Source: Planctomycetota bacterium | GTDB lineage: Bacteria; Planctomycetota; PLA2; JAEUHO01 | Assembly (NCBI GenBank): GCA_965223505.1 | Contig: CBDCWP010000030.1 | Coordinates: 160,001 to 224,000, forward strand | Direction of reading: 5' to 3' | Length of the DNA stretch: 64,000 nt | Part shown: positions 29,817 to 39,405 of the stretch, one piece after another | Position numbering within the stretch: position 1 is the stretch's first letter | Layout of the letters: every line of letters begins with the position of its first letter | Translations under genes and position numbers: made by a program | The notes under the pieces: generated by a model | What the model saw: the letters and a program-made list of their open reading frames with translations, nothing else | Told to the model about the DNA's origin: nothing | Databases searched by the model: none

Positions 29817-31210
29817 TCCGCGTCGTCCTCGCGGCCGCCGCGCTCGCCTGGCTCGCGACGCCGTTGCTGTCGGCGGACGAACCCACGGCGGTCGAGGCCC
29901 GGCGGGCGAGAGCGCGCAAAGCCGGCGAGGAGATCCGGGCGACGCACTTCTTCCACGGGGGCCGAGGCGTGCTCGCGCTGCCCGTCGTCGCGGACGTCTA
30001 CGACCCGTCGCGGCGCTCGCCCTTCGACCGCATCCTGCGCCATCGGCTCGGGTTCGCCTACGAGGACTGCCGCCCGATCGGCCTGCACGTCGTTCGACAC
30101 TGCGGCGAAGACGTGGCCGTGGCCGGTTGCGCCGCATGCCACGCGGGACGCGCCGCGGGCCGCACGATCGTGGGGTTGGGCAACAAGAACATCGACGTCG
30201 CCGCGATCGGCGAGCAGATGCTCGAGCTTCGCGCCGTATCGCGACTGCAGACACGGGTCTCGGGCAGCGTCGACCGGCGGATCGAGCGCCGCGCGCTGCG
30301 CTTTGCGCGAACGGCGGCGGACCGGCGGTACACGAATCCGACCCAGGGACTCGTCTCGGACTTCGTCGTGTGGCACTGGTTCTACGACGTCTCGAACGCG
30401 CCGCTCGAACCCCGGCACCACGTCGTCAAGGTGCCCCACCTCTGGGGACTCCCACAGAAGCACGAAGTCGGCTTCTTCGTCGACGGGCTCGGGCGGGGCC
30501 TCGGTTGGATGGCGATGCAGGAGGTGACCGCCGGCCAGACACCGGACGCCGTTCGCGCGTACCTGCCGCGATTGCGGGCGTTCCTGCGGCAGACCGGCGA
30601 TCTGCTGCCGCCGCGCTATCCGTTCGCGATCGACGCCGAGCGCGCGCAGCGCGGCAGGGCGCTGTTCGAGACGCACTGCGCCGCGTGCCATGGCACCCAC
30701 GAGCGCGATGCACACGGGTTTCCGGTCTTCGAGCCGCCGTCGCGCGTCGCGCTCGAGGAGGTGGGCACCGATCCGGACCGCTATCACCTGCCGCCGCGTC
30801 TCATGTCGCTGATCGCCGCCAGTCCGTTGGCGGATCAGCTCGCGTTCGAGCCCGATCGCCTCGGCTACCTCGCGCCGCGGCTGGACGGGATCTGGTCGCG
30901 CTTTCCGTATCTGCACAACGCGTCGGTGCCGACGCTACGCGCGCTCCTGACACCGCCCGACGAGCGTCCGGTCGCCTGGTCGTTGCGCGACGCCGGCGAG
31001 CGCCGGCGCTTCGACACCGGCGACGTGGGACTGACCATGCCGCGGCGCGGGACGCGGGCGGGCGCGCGGCTTCTCCGGGACGCGAAGCGCGGCGCCCGCC
31101 ACGTCTACTTCACCCGTCGACCGGGTCACTCAAATCAGGGCCACGCGTTCGGGACCGAGCTCTCGGCGCCGGACAAGCGCGCCCTGATCGAGTACCTGAA
31201 GACGCTTTGA
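29813..31210 (+). CDS. RoxA-like di-haem cytochrome c
   Basis: Signal peptide; two CAACH; VGTD, YLAPRLDGIW..PYLHNASVPTL, SNQGH. Confidence 0.8.
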   Translation: MIRVVLAAAALAWLATPLLSADEPTAVEARRARARKAGEEIRATHFFHGGRGVLALPVVADVYDPSRRSPFDRILRHRLGFAYEDCRPIGLHVVRHCGEDVAVAGCAACHAGRAAGRTIVGLGNKNIDVAAIGEQMLELRAVSRLQTRVSGSVDRRIERRALRFARTAADRRYTNPTQGLVSDFVVWHWFYDVSNAPLEPRHHVVKVPHLWGLPQKHEVGFFVDGLGRGLGWMAMQEVTAGQTPDAVRAYLPRLRAFLRQTGDLLPPRYPFAIDAERAQRGRALFETHCAACHGTHERDAHGFPVFEPPSRVALEEVGTDPDRYHLPPRLMSLIAASPLADQLAFEPDRLGYLAPRLDGIWSRFPYLHNASVPTLRALLTPPDERPVAWSLRDAGERRRFDTGDVGLTMPRRGTRAGARLLRDAKRGARHVYFTRRPGHSNQGHAFGTELSAPDKRALIEYLKTL

Positions 31211-31215
31211 CGCGC

Positions 31216-32493
31216 CTACTTGCGGACCGGGATCTGTAGCTCCCAGTACTGCTTCGAAGCGGGGACCATCGGGCTGTTGTAGCCGAGCACGCGCCAGTCG
31301 CCGGCGCTCTCCCAGCCGTCCATCTTCATGCGCGCCTCGATGATGCCCTTGGCGCGTTCGATGTCGCGGCTGTCGCGCCGCCCGCGGATGCCGATGCTCA
31401 ACACCTGCATGGAGTCCAGGTCGAGGACCTCGACGCTGCCCTGGCGGCCGGCCTTGCCCTGTTCCGGCCCCTCGTAGAGGAACGCCATGTCGCGCATGCG
31501 CATGTCGGCGTCCATGGTCATCTCGACGGGCGCGGTCATCTCGACGTTGTTCTTCTTGATGTGGTTGAAGAGCGTCCAGAACGAGTTGCGCCCCTCCGCG
31601 CGCGCGGCGCGGTAGTTGGGGTAGCGCTTGAGCGACACGCGGCCGACGGGCCCCGGCTTGGGGAAGCCCTTCGGCAGGGACGCCTCGAGCAGCGGCTCGA
31701 ACGCCTCGTTCGTGAGGATCTCGTCGAACGCCTCGCGCAGGTTCCAGGCGCGCTCCGATGCGTCGTTCGCGCGCTTCGTCATGGCGGAGCGCAGCTGCAT
31801 GCGGTCCCACTCCGACAGCGAGTCCCCCGCGTTCATCAAGCGCTCGGCGGCCTCGTGATAGATCTCTGCGCAGCGCTCGGGGTGACCGTCGTTGTAGATC
31901 GGCGCGCCCTTGTTGATGGCGACCGTGAGCACCTCGCGAACGTCGAGGCGCGGCTGCATGGGCTCGAAGGCGAGCGGCATCTTCTTGTGAGCGGACGCGA
32001 CCTTCGGCTTCGGCAGCAGCACGCGGTCGATCACGTGGATCACACCGTTGCTGCATTCGATGTCGGCCTCGATGACGTTCGCGTTGTCGACGCGCAGGCC
32101 GATCGCAAGCGGCGTGTCCGCAAGCGTGTCGGCGCTCGTTGCCTTCAACAGATCGCCCGCCATCACCTTGCCGGAGACGACGTGGTAGCCGAGCACCCGC
32201 TGCAACGAGCGCTTGTTGTCGCGCTTGAGCAGAAGCGCGAGCGTGCCCTCGGGCAGCGCGGCGAACGCGTCGTCCGTGGGCGCGAAGACGGTGAACGGCC
32301 CCTCGCCGCGCAGGGCGCCGACGAGGTCGGCCTTGGTGAGCGCCGTTGCGAGGGTCTGGAACCGGCCGTCGGCGACCGCGGTCGAGACGATGTCTCGCGA
32401 GGCAGACTTGGCGTGCGTCGTGTCCGCCGTGGCGGGTGCGCCGGCGGAGAGAAGGAGAGCGAGGAGAATGGCGAGGGGGGCTGTGGTCTTCAT
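31216..32493 (-). CDS. Fasciclin (FAS1) plus SOUL haem-binding domain protein
   Basis: [44 protein letters not shown]. Confidence 0.8.
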   Translation of the reverse strand: MKTTAPLAILLALLLSAGAPATADTTHAKSASRDIVSTAVADGRFQTLATALTKADLVGALRGEGPFTVFAPTDDAFAALPEGTLALLLKRDNKRSLQRVLGYHVVSGKVMAGDLLKATSADTLADTPLAIGLRVDNANVIEADIECSNGVIHVIDRVLLPKPKVASAHKKMPLAFEPMQPRLDVREVLTVAINKGAPIYNDGHPERCAEIYHEAAERLMNAGDSLSEWDRMQLRSAMTKRANDASERAWNLREAFDEILTNEAFEPLLEASLPKGFPKPGPVGRVSLKRYPNYRAARAEGRNSFWTLFNHIKKNNVEMTAPVEMTMDADMRMRDMAFLYEGPEQGKAGRQGSVEVLDLDSMQVLSIGIRGRRDSRDIERAKGIIEARMKMDGWESAGDWRVLGYNSPMVPASKQYWELQIPVRK

Positions 32494-32706
32494 GCGCGGG
32501 ATCTTGCCCTACGCCCCCGCGTTCGTCCAGATAAATATCTATACAAATCTACATTTGTGGAGGGCGGGGAATGTAAACCCGCCTTTGCAAGGCCGGCCAT
32601 ACACACCGCCGGGTTCCCGCTCCCGGCCCTGAAAATGGCCTTCGGCAGGGGCTTTGCACTCTCTGCACCGGCAACGGGTCGCGGCTGAACGCGGAGAAAC
32701 GACGCG

Positions 32707-32940
32707 ATGAGGTACTACATCCGACAACAGAAGAAGTACGTCTCGGGGCCCCACGAGATCGAGCACATCCGGCGGTGGATCAAGGAGGGCAAGGTCCGGC
32801 CGAACATGGAGTTCTCGGGCGACGAGATCGACTGGGCGATCGGCATCGAACTGCCCGACCTCTTCCCGAACGCCCTGAATCCGGCGCGCCGCGAGCGGAC
32901 ACGCGCCAATCGTCAGCGCCGGTTGCAGCGCTACCGGTAG
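32707..32940 (+). CDS. Small GYF_2-like protein
   Basis: YYI..VSGP..IRRWIKEGKV..W..PDLFP; similar to N-terminus of 36619-37449. Confidence 0.6.
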   Translation: MRYYIRQQKKYVSGPHEIEHIRRWIKEGKVRPNMEFSGDEIDWAIGIELPDLFPNALNPARRERTRANRQRRLQRYR

Positions 32941-33734
32941 ACGTGCTGCCCGAAGAAGGCCGACATGTCGGCCCAGGCCTGCTTCGCCGCTTCTTCGTGG
33001 TACTTGACCGGCTCGAGTCCGTGCGCGTCGGCGTTCGGGTTCGTGAAGGCGTGAACGGCCCCTTCGTACGCCTTGAACTCCCACTCGATCTCCGTCTTGC
33101 CGAGCGTGTCCTTGAACTTCGCCACCGCCTCCGCAGGCACCAGCGGGTCGTCGGCGCCGTGGCAGACGAGCAGGGCGGCCTTCACGTTCGGGACGTCTTC
33201 TTCGCGGGGCGTGATCGGCTGCGCGTGAAACGCGACGACCGCTCTGAGATCGGCGCCCGCGTAGGCAAGCTCGAGCGCGACGGACCCGCCGTAGCAGAAC
33301 CCGATCGCCGAGATGCGCTTCGGATCGACGGCATCCTGCTTGGCGAGCACGTCGTAGCCCGCCCGGATCCGGCGTCGTCCGAACCCGTGCGGGTCGTCGC
33401 GAAACTCGCTCGCCCATGCGCCGGCTTGTTTCGGGTCGTTCGTGAGCTTGCCCTTGCCGTACATGTCGGCGACGAACGCGACGTAGCCCATCTTGGCCAG
33501 CGCGCGCGCCCGCTCCTTGGGATGTTCGGCGATCCCCCACCACTCGTGAACGACGAGCACGCCGGGCCGGTTGTCGCGGCCGGCGGGAAACGCGAGGTAA
33601 CCCTCGAGCTCCGTGTCGCCGTCGCGATAGGTCACGTTCTTCGTCTGCACCGTCCCTGGCGCGACGGTCTCCTCTTCGCCGCACGCTGCGACGAAGAAAC
33701 AGAGGGACAGAAGGGGAAGCAGCCGGATACGCAT
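32931..33734 (-). CDS. Dienelactone hydrolase family lipoprotein
   Basis: Lipobox VAAC; VHEWWG, GFCYGG, HGADDP, HAFTNP. Confidence 0.9.
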   Translation of the reverse strand: MRIRLLPLLSLCFFVAACGEEETVAPGTVQTKNVTYRDGDTELEGYLAFPAGRDNRPGVLVVHEWWGIAEHPKERARALAKMGYVAFVADMYGKGKLTNDPKQAGAWASEFRDDPHGFGRRRIRAGYDVLAKQDAVDPKRISAIGFCYGGSVALELAYAGADLRAVVAFHAQPITPREEDVPNVKAALLVCHGADDPLVPAEAVAKFKDTLGKTEIEWEFKAYEGAVHAFTNPNADAHGLEPVKYHEEAAKQAWADMSAFFGQHVYR

Positions 33735-33840
33735 CGAAGGGGCCTCTCGTCGGCCGCGGAGCCGGGCCGCGACGAGCGCAGAGTCTAGCCGATCGGTCGG
33801 CCGCACCGCAGAGCGAAGCGTCGGAGTAGGATGCGCGCTC

Positions 33841-34617
33841 ATGCGCGCCGTGCTCACGATCGCCTGCTTCCTCGCCTGCGTGACGACGGCGTTCGCCGAA
33901 CGCTTTCCGGAGCGGCCGGGAGAGCGCGAGTTCATCCTCGACGAAGCGGACCTGATCACGCCCGCGGACGAGGCTGTCATCCGCGAGATCTGCGACGCGG
34001 CCCGGACCGAGACGAAGGTGCCGATCCTCGTGGTGACCATCCGGTCGCTCAACGACTACCAAGCCGGACATCGGTCGATCGAGCGCTATGCCGCGAGCCT
34101 GTTCAACGAGTGGGGCGTCGGATTTCCGGACTGGAACCACGGGATCCTGCTGTTGATCTCGGAGGGCGACCGCAAGGCGCGCATCGAGCTGGGCTACGAC
34201 TACGCCGGCACGCGCAATCGTGAAGCGAAACAGGTGATGGACGAGCTGATCATCCCCCGTTTCAAGGAGGGCAAGTTCTCGACCGGCATCGTGGACGGGG
34301 TTCGAGGTCTCGACGCCATCGCGCGTGGGATCGACATCCCGAGACCGCCGAAGCCTTGGTGGGTTTGGCTCGCCTGGGTCGGGTTCATCGCGCTCGCCGC
34401 CTTCACGGCGGCCTCGCTGATTCGAAAGGGTTCGTCGGGGTGGGCGTGGGTGCTATGGGCAGCGATCTTCACGGTGCTCTTCTTCATCTTGAAAGCGTTC
34501 CTCGAAGGCGCGGCGCGCGGCGGCGGCAGCGGCAGCGGCAGCAGCGGCGGTGGATGGAGCGGCGGTTCGTTCGGCGGGGGCTTCTCCGGCGGCGGCGGCG
34601 CGACGGGGTCGTGGTGA
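33841..34617 (+). CDS. TPM-domain protein (YgcG-like)
   Basis: DEADLI, FNEWGVG, RIELGY, GGGFSGGGGATGSW tail. Confidence 0.88.
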   Translation: MRAVLTIACFLACVTTAFAERFPERPGEREFILDEADLITPADEAVIREICDAARTETKVPILVVTIRSLNDYQAGHRSIERYAASLFNEWGVGFPDWNHGILLLISEGDRKARIELGYDYAGTRNREAKQVMDELIIPRFKEGKFSTGIVDGVRGLDAIARGIDIPRPPKPWWVWLAWVGFIALAAFTAASLIRKGSSGWAWVLWAAIFTVLFFILKAFLEGAARGGGSGSGSSGGGWSGGSFGGGFSGGGGATGSW

Positions 34618-35282
34618 TGCGCGCGCGCCGGCTGCTCAGCGACACGGAGCGCACGCGGATCGAGGACGCGATCGCTGCGTCGGAACGCGAGACGACCGGC
34701 GAGCTCGTCGTGTGCATCGCGACCCGCTCGGGGCGCTACGACCGCGGCGAGGACTTGTTCGGCGTGTTCACCGGCATGCTGGCTGTGACGGCTGCGTGGT
34801 TGCTGTTCCAGGACGTCAGCACGATCGGATGGCAACCATCGCCCTCGTTGAACCTCGTCGCGGTGCTCTTGCTGTTTCTGGGCGGCTTCACCATCGGGAC
34901 GGCTGCCGCCGCGTGGCTGCCGGCGCTGGGGTTGTTCTTCACGTCGCGCCGGCAGATGCTCGAAGAGGTCAAGGAGCGCGCGGCGGTCGCCTTTCACCGG
35001 TTCGGCATGCGGGGGACGCGCGCCGCCACGGGCATCCTGATCTACGTCTCGTTGCTCGAGCGCATGGTGTGGGTCGTGGGCGACGACGCGGTCAGCGAGA
35101 AGATCCCGGCCGACGAGTGGAACGAGATGCGCGACATGCTCGTGAACAACCTGCGCGACGGCAGACCGGCGGAAGCGTTGTCGCAGGCCGTGGAGCGCGC
35201 CGGTGCGCTGCTGCGCGAGCACCTACCGGGCACGCACGACGACACCGACGAGATCAGGAACGAGATCCGCTTCCTGGACTGA
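34617..35282 (+). CDS. TPM-domain membrane protein
   Basis: IEDAIAASERETTGEL, TGILIYVSLLER; TGATG coupling to previous gene. Confidence 0.85.
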   Translation: MRARRLLSDTERTRIEDAIAASERETTGELVVCIATRSGRYDRGEDLFGVFTGMLAVTAAWLLFQDVSTIGWQPSPSLNLVAVLLLFLGGFTIGTAAAAWLPALGLFFTSRRQMLEEVKERAAVAFHRFGMRGTRAATGILIYVSLLERMVWVVGDDAVSEKIPADEWNEMRDMLVNNLRDGRPAEALSQAVERAGALLREHLPGTHDDTDEIRNEIRFLD

Positions 35283-35385
35283 CCCCGACGGCCCTTGGTC
35301 GCCTGGACGTCGCAACGCTGGAAGCGACCAAGCTCGAGGATTCTGCGACCGCGGTATGCTGGCTGCAGACTAGGAGGACATCACG

Positions 35386-35859
35386 ATGAAGTTGAATGGC
35401 AACGTACTGATTTTCGCGCTGGCCGTGGTCTTCGTACTTCCGCAGCTCGTGGACGCGCGCACGCGGACCGGCAGTGATCTCGGATCGCGCGTCGCTGCGC
35501 TCGAGACGACGATCAACACGCTTCAAGGCGACTTGAGCACCCTCCAGACCGACGTTGCGACGCTTCAAGCCGACGCCGTCATCGACTCGGGCCAGGACCT
35601 CCGCACGCTGTACGGCGTGTTCCAGGCGGACGGCACGGTCGCGAGCGGCACGGACTACAGCGTCGTACGCAACAGCACGGGCAACTACACGATCACGTTC
35701 GATACGCCGTTCCCGACGGCGCCGAGCGTCGTGTTCAACGGCGGCGGCGGCGGGCAGTCCTTTGTCGTGGGCCCCGCGAGCGTCACCCTCACCAACTTCG
35801 ACAACAGCGCGATGCCGTTCGACAGCGCCATCATGTTCACGGTGACCGGGACGCAGTAG
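35386..35859 (+). CDS. Secreted protein with coiled coil and tail-fibre/lectin-like beta domain
   Basis: Signal peptide, heptad repeat, VVRNSTGNYTITFDTPF; AGGAGG RBS. Confidence 0.6.
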   Translation: MKLNGNVLIFALAVVFVLPQLVDARTRTGSDLGSRVAALETTINTLQGDLSTLQTDVATLQADAVIDSGQDLRTLYGVFQADGTVASGTDYSVVRNSTGNYTITFDTPFPTAPSVVFNGGGGGQSFVVGPASVTLTNFDNSAMPFDSAIMFTVTGTQ

Positions 35860-35862
35860 CTA

Positions 35863-36399
35863 CTAGGTCGTCGCGACCTCTTCGTCGGGCAGCTCTTCGG
35901 GCTTGGGCTTGTCCCAGTCGACGCCGGCCCAGCAGTTGGGCGTCCAGATGTCCTTGTTGCCGGCCTGCTTCGCGTAGAGGAAGAGCTGCATGCGATAGCC
36001 GGTCATCCAGCGCAGCGGCAGCTGAAAGAGCGCTTGCTCGAGCGTCAGCTCTTCGCCAATCGGCGTGGTCGCCGTGCGCGTCTCCACCTCTTCCTGCGTG
36101 AGTCCGTCGAAGTATTCGGTGAGCTCCGCCTTCTGGCGCTCCATGGCGGCGGGGAACTCCTCCGGCTTCATCTGCTTGCCGCGCTCCGACACCTCCTGGT
36201 AGCCGTCCCAATTGCCCTCGGCCATGGCGCGCGTGCCGCCGATGCCGCAGTACGAGAGGTACTGCAGCAGCTCGTGCATGCTGCGCTGGTCCGGCGTCGG
36301 GCGGAAGTCGTAGGTGCCTTCCGGGATCTTGGTGAAGAGATGGGTGCAGATGTCGCACTCGTTGAGGATGCCCGCGAGAATTGCGTCCTTGCCCAGCAT
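35863..36399 (-). CDS. DinB-family protein
   Basis: DFRPTPDQRSMHELL, YRMQLFLYAK. Confidence 0.8.
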   Translation of the reverse strand: MLGKDAILAGILNECDICTHLFTKIPEGTYDFRPTPDQRSMHELLQYLSYCGIGGTRAMAEGNWDGYQEVSERGKQMKPEEFPAAMERQKAELTEYFDGLTQEEVETRTATTPIGEELTLEQALFQLPLRWMTGYRMQLFLYAKQAGNKDIWTPNCWAGVDWDKPKPEELPDEEVATT

Positions 36400-36618
36400 G
36401 TCGTTGTCTCCGTGTCGATGGACGGTGCAGCAGGACCGCGTAGCCTATCGGGATGCGAGGGATGAAGGCGACGGTCTGGTTGGGTTTGTGGAAGGCGCTC
36501 GTCGGCTGCGGGGAACGCCCGCAAGCCGTTCGGGCGACCGGGGACGTCGCGCGCATCCGGTCGGGCCGGGCGCAGCAAGAGGATCGCCGGGCACAGCAGC
36601 GGCAGTTTCGAACGGAGC

Positions 36619-37449
36619 CTAGTACCGTCGGCGTCGTCCGCGGCCGCCGCGCATTCTGCGCCCGCCCCGACCGGCTGCGCGCCTGCCGAAGAACGCATTG
36701 GCGTTGGGGCTCAAGAGCAGAAGGATGATGACGAGCGGAAGTGCGATCTGGAGGAACGAGGAGAACGACAGCCCCTGCGTCAGCTCCCGCAACCCGAACA
36801 GCAGTCCAAGGCAGGACAACATGATGTGGATGGTCCGAGCCACGCCGGATCCGCCCCTGATGGCGAGCCCCAGCACGATGTACCCGATGCAGAAGACCGT
36901 GAAGACGATGCCGGCAAGCAGGAAGAACGAACGCTCCGCATCCGGGTTCGTGAAGGGATCGTCGGGGTCGATGGCGGCGGTCGCGAGAAACGAGAGCCCG
37001 GCGAGCAGCCCGTAGAGCGCGCCGGTGATGAAATCCAGAAACACGACGGTCGTGACCTCGCCGGGCGGCCCCGAGGGACGCGCGTAGCGACCTCGCGGTC
37101 CGTCGTCGTAGTCGTCGTGATGACCGTACGACCTGCCGCCGCGGTATCCACGCCGACGGCGGCGTCCCCCGCCGCGCACGGACGCCGGGAGCGGCGCGTC
37201 CGCGACCGGGTAGGCGGGTTGGGCGGCGTACGGAACGGCCGGCTGCGCCTGGGGGACCTGTACGGGCGCGACACCCGGGGGCGGAAACAGCTCGGGGCAC
37301 TGATGTCCCTGACGCCAGTCGCCGCCTTCGAGCGAGTACAGCATCTCGGGCCGCGCGCGCCCCGCCTGGATCCACTTCAGGACCCGGGACTTGTCGAACG
37401 GCCCCTGCACGTCTTGTCCCTGCGCAATGAAGTACTGCGGCTCGCGCAT
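36619..37449 (-). CDS. GYF_2-domain membrane protein
   Basis: N-terminal QGPF..WIQAGR..W domain, Pro/Arg linker, four TM segments. Confidence 0.7.
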   Translation of the reverse strand: MREPQYFIAQGQDVQGPFDKSRVLKWIQAGRARPEMLYSLEGGDWRQGHQCPELFPPPGVAPVQVPQAQPAVPYAAQPAYPVADAPLPASVRGGGRRRRRGYRGGRSYGHHDDYDDGPRGRYARPSGPPGEVTTVVFLDFITGALYGLLAGLSFLATAAIDPDDPFTNPDAERSFFLLAGIVFTVFCIGYIVLGLAIRGGSGVARTIHIMLSCLGLLFGLRELTQGLSFSSFLQIALPLVIILLLLSPNANAFFGRRAAGRGGRRMRGGRGRRRRY

Positions 37450-37573
37450 CGTCTACAGCCCACCCGCGGACAGGGTACATGGCGCGCGACTTCGGCGCAG
37501 CCACGACGGCGTGAAGGACGTCGATCGGGGCGATTGGCGTCGGTCGTGCCAGAATGAGAACGGGAGTGATGCG

Positions 37574-38161
37574 ATGAATCGCGTTGGATGGACCCTGGGC
37601 GTGCTGCTGGTGGCCGCCGGCTGCGGGAGCAGCAGCGATCCGAACCCGAACCCCTTCGGCTTCGACTTCGATCGGTTCGCGTACCCGGGCATCGTCGTCG
37701 TGCCGCTCGACGCGTACCAGCAGGGGCGCGCGACGAACGCGACCGACAACACGAACGCGACGAGTCCGATCAACCAGCACGTGCGCGGCGCGGCTGACAC
37801 CGCAGACGACGACCCGTTCATCGCCGACTGGGACACGCTGATCGGCCTCGCACAGAACGGACGCGACGACCGGAACGTGATGCGCTTCTATCTCGCGTAC
37901 GAGATCTCGACGAACCCGACGTCGGGACAGTGCACGGTCACGATTCACGTGTTCGAGGGGTTGCCTTACGACTCGGCGCGCCCTTCGATCGCCACGTACA
38001 TGGCGACGGTGATGTTCGGCGAGCCGCACCGCGACGGGTTCGTCATCACGACGCCGGGGGAGTGCGAGGACGAGGCCGGACACCGTGCGGCGGTGGCGCT
38101 GGCGGCGGGTCCGCACTTCGCGAACGGCTGGTCGACGGCGCGACCGTCGCACGTCCCGTAG
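37574..38161 (+). CDS. Hypothetical lipoprotein
   Basis: Lipobox AAGC. Confidence 0.6.
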   Translation: MNRVGWTLGVLLVAAGCGSSSDPNPNPFGFDFDRFAYPGIVVVPLDAYQQGRATNATDNTNATSPINQHVRGAADTADDDPFIADWDTLIGLAQNGRDDRNVMRFYLAYEISTNPTSGQCTVTIHVFEGLPYDSARPSIATYMATVMFGEPHRDGFVITTPGECEDEAGHRAAVALAAGPHFANGWSTARPSHVP

Positions 38162-38166
38162 GCGGA

Positions 38167-38679
38167 TCAGCGGCGCAAGAGGGTCGACGGTATTAGCTCG
38201 AGTCCCTGTACGACCTGCGAGCGGGCTGGTTCGTCGCCGGTGGAGACCCGTCCGCCGTCGAAGTCCACGACCTCGATCGACTCGTCCTGCGCATCGACGA
38301 GCCAGACCTCCTTGACGCCCAGGCCGAGATAGCGGCGTGTCTTGACGTTGCGATCTCGATCGCGCGACCAAGGCGACAGGATCTCGAAGACGATCCGCGG
38401 CACGCCGACGTATTGCGCCTCGTCGTCCGGTAGCTCGTCGATGACGACGATGTCGGGCTCGAAGACGTTGAGCTCGTCGATGAGCACGCCGGCGGACGCC
38501 GCCTGGACGTTGTCGGGGCCGACAAGCGACATGAGGACCGAGAGGATGCGGCTCTGGATCCGCTGGTGTCCGAACGCGGGACGCGGTTCCTTGACCAGCA
38601 CGCCGTCGAGCAGCTGCACGTGCAGGTCTTCGGGCAGGGCCTCGAAGTCCTTGCGTGTGAAGAGAACGGTCATGGTCAT
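38167..38679 (-). CDS. Uma2-family endonuclease
   Basis: EPDIVV, FEILSP, KTRRY..GVKEVWLVD. Confidence 0.9.
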   Translation of the reverse strand: MTMTVLFTRKDFEALPEDLHVQLLDGVLVKEPRPAFGHQRIQSRILSVLMSLVGPDNVQAASAGVLIDELNVFEPDIVVIDELPDDEAQYVGVPRIVFEILSPWSRDRDRNVKTRRYLGLGVKEVWLVDAQDESIEVVDFDGGRVSTGDEPARSQVVQGLELIPSTLLRR

Positions 38680-38773
38680 GAGAGTCTATCGCGCGAGCAC
38701 CGTCTCCGGTTACGCACGGGGCGACGAGATCCGACTGCGGGCGCGCGGCCGGCGCCGAGGTAGACTCGGGACC

Positions 38774-39079
38774 ATGGCACGACGGAAGTTCGTCCTGCGC
38801 GTCGTACTGGTGCTGATGGTGCTCGGCGCCGTGGTGAGGATGGCGTCACCTTCGCAGTCCGTGACGCCCAGCCGACCTGGAGCGCTGGCGCCGGTCGTGC
38901 TCGGCCACAGCGAGATCGCGCGCGCCTCGGGCCGCATGGCGTTCTGTTGTTTGTGGCACGAGCCGAGACGCCCGTACGCGGTCGCGGTGCCGGTGGCGCT
39001 GATGCTGGCCTCGATGGCGGCAATCGCATTCATCCAGATACGGCGCAGCCGGAGCGCCTCGCAGCCGCCGCGCGACTAG
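38774..39079 (+). CDS. Small membrane protein
   Basis: Two hydrophobic segments. Confidence 0.4.
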   Translation: MARRKFVLRVVLVLMVLGAVVRMASPSQSVTPSRPGALAPVVLGHSEIARASGRMAFCCLWHEPRRPYAVAVPVALMLASMAAIAFIQIRRSRSASQPPRD

Positions 39080-39186
39080 GAACCGTTCATGGCTTGGGGA
39101 TTCCCCGCGAAGGTGACGCAGCGCATGCAATTCGATGCATCGTCGGCGGCTCTGCTCGTTGCAGCCCGTGCCGCGTTGGACGAGCT

Positions 39187-39266
39187 GGGTTCTGCACCTT
39201 GAAGGCGCATGAATGGAGCCCCGGGTCGGGTTCGAACCGACGACCCCCGCTTTACGAAAGCGGTGC
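39187..39266 (-). repeat. Distal att site: tRNA-Thr 3' 53 nt plus 27 nt of downstream flank
   Basis: 80-bp exact copy of 49947-50026. Confidence 0.93.
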
Positions 39267-39360
39267 CTGTCAACACCAGATGGGTCGCTTGAGTCAATGA
39301 GCACAGTCCACGACGTGTGGACTGGGACGATGACAACAGGAGGGTTTGGGGGGCGTCAAG
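39267..39360. repeat. Conserved att-arm sequence, copy B
   Basis: 86/94 identical to 46178-46271; contains CAGTCCAC-N5-GTGGACTG dyad. Confidence 0.88.
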
Positions 39361-39405
39361 GCGTCGCCCGAAGGCATGTGCCGCCCACACCTCGGTTGGC
39401 GTGCG

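Noticed and set aside
33841..35282. TPM pair without lemA as a novel system
   Set aside because: Common gene pair; lemA may simply be elsewhere in the genome.
39214..39290. Additional functional tRNA-Thr genes at 39214 and 46125
   Set aside because: Both lack the 5' acceptor strand and most of the D-arm; they are att duplications.
39268..39360. Repeated GTCAA motifs as integrase arm-binding sites
   Set aside because: Three 5-bp matches are too short to support the call without homologous arms to compare.
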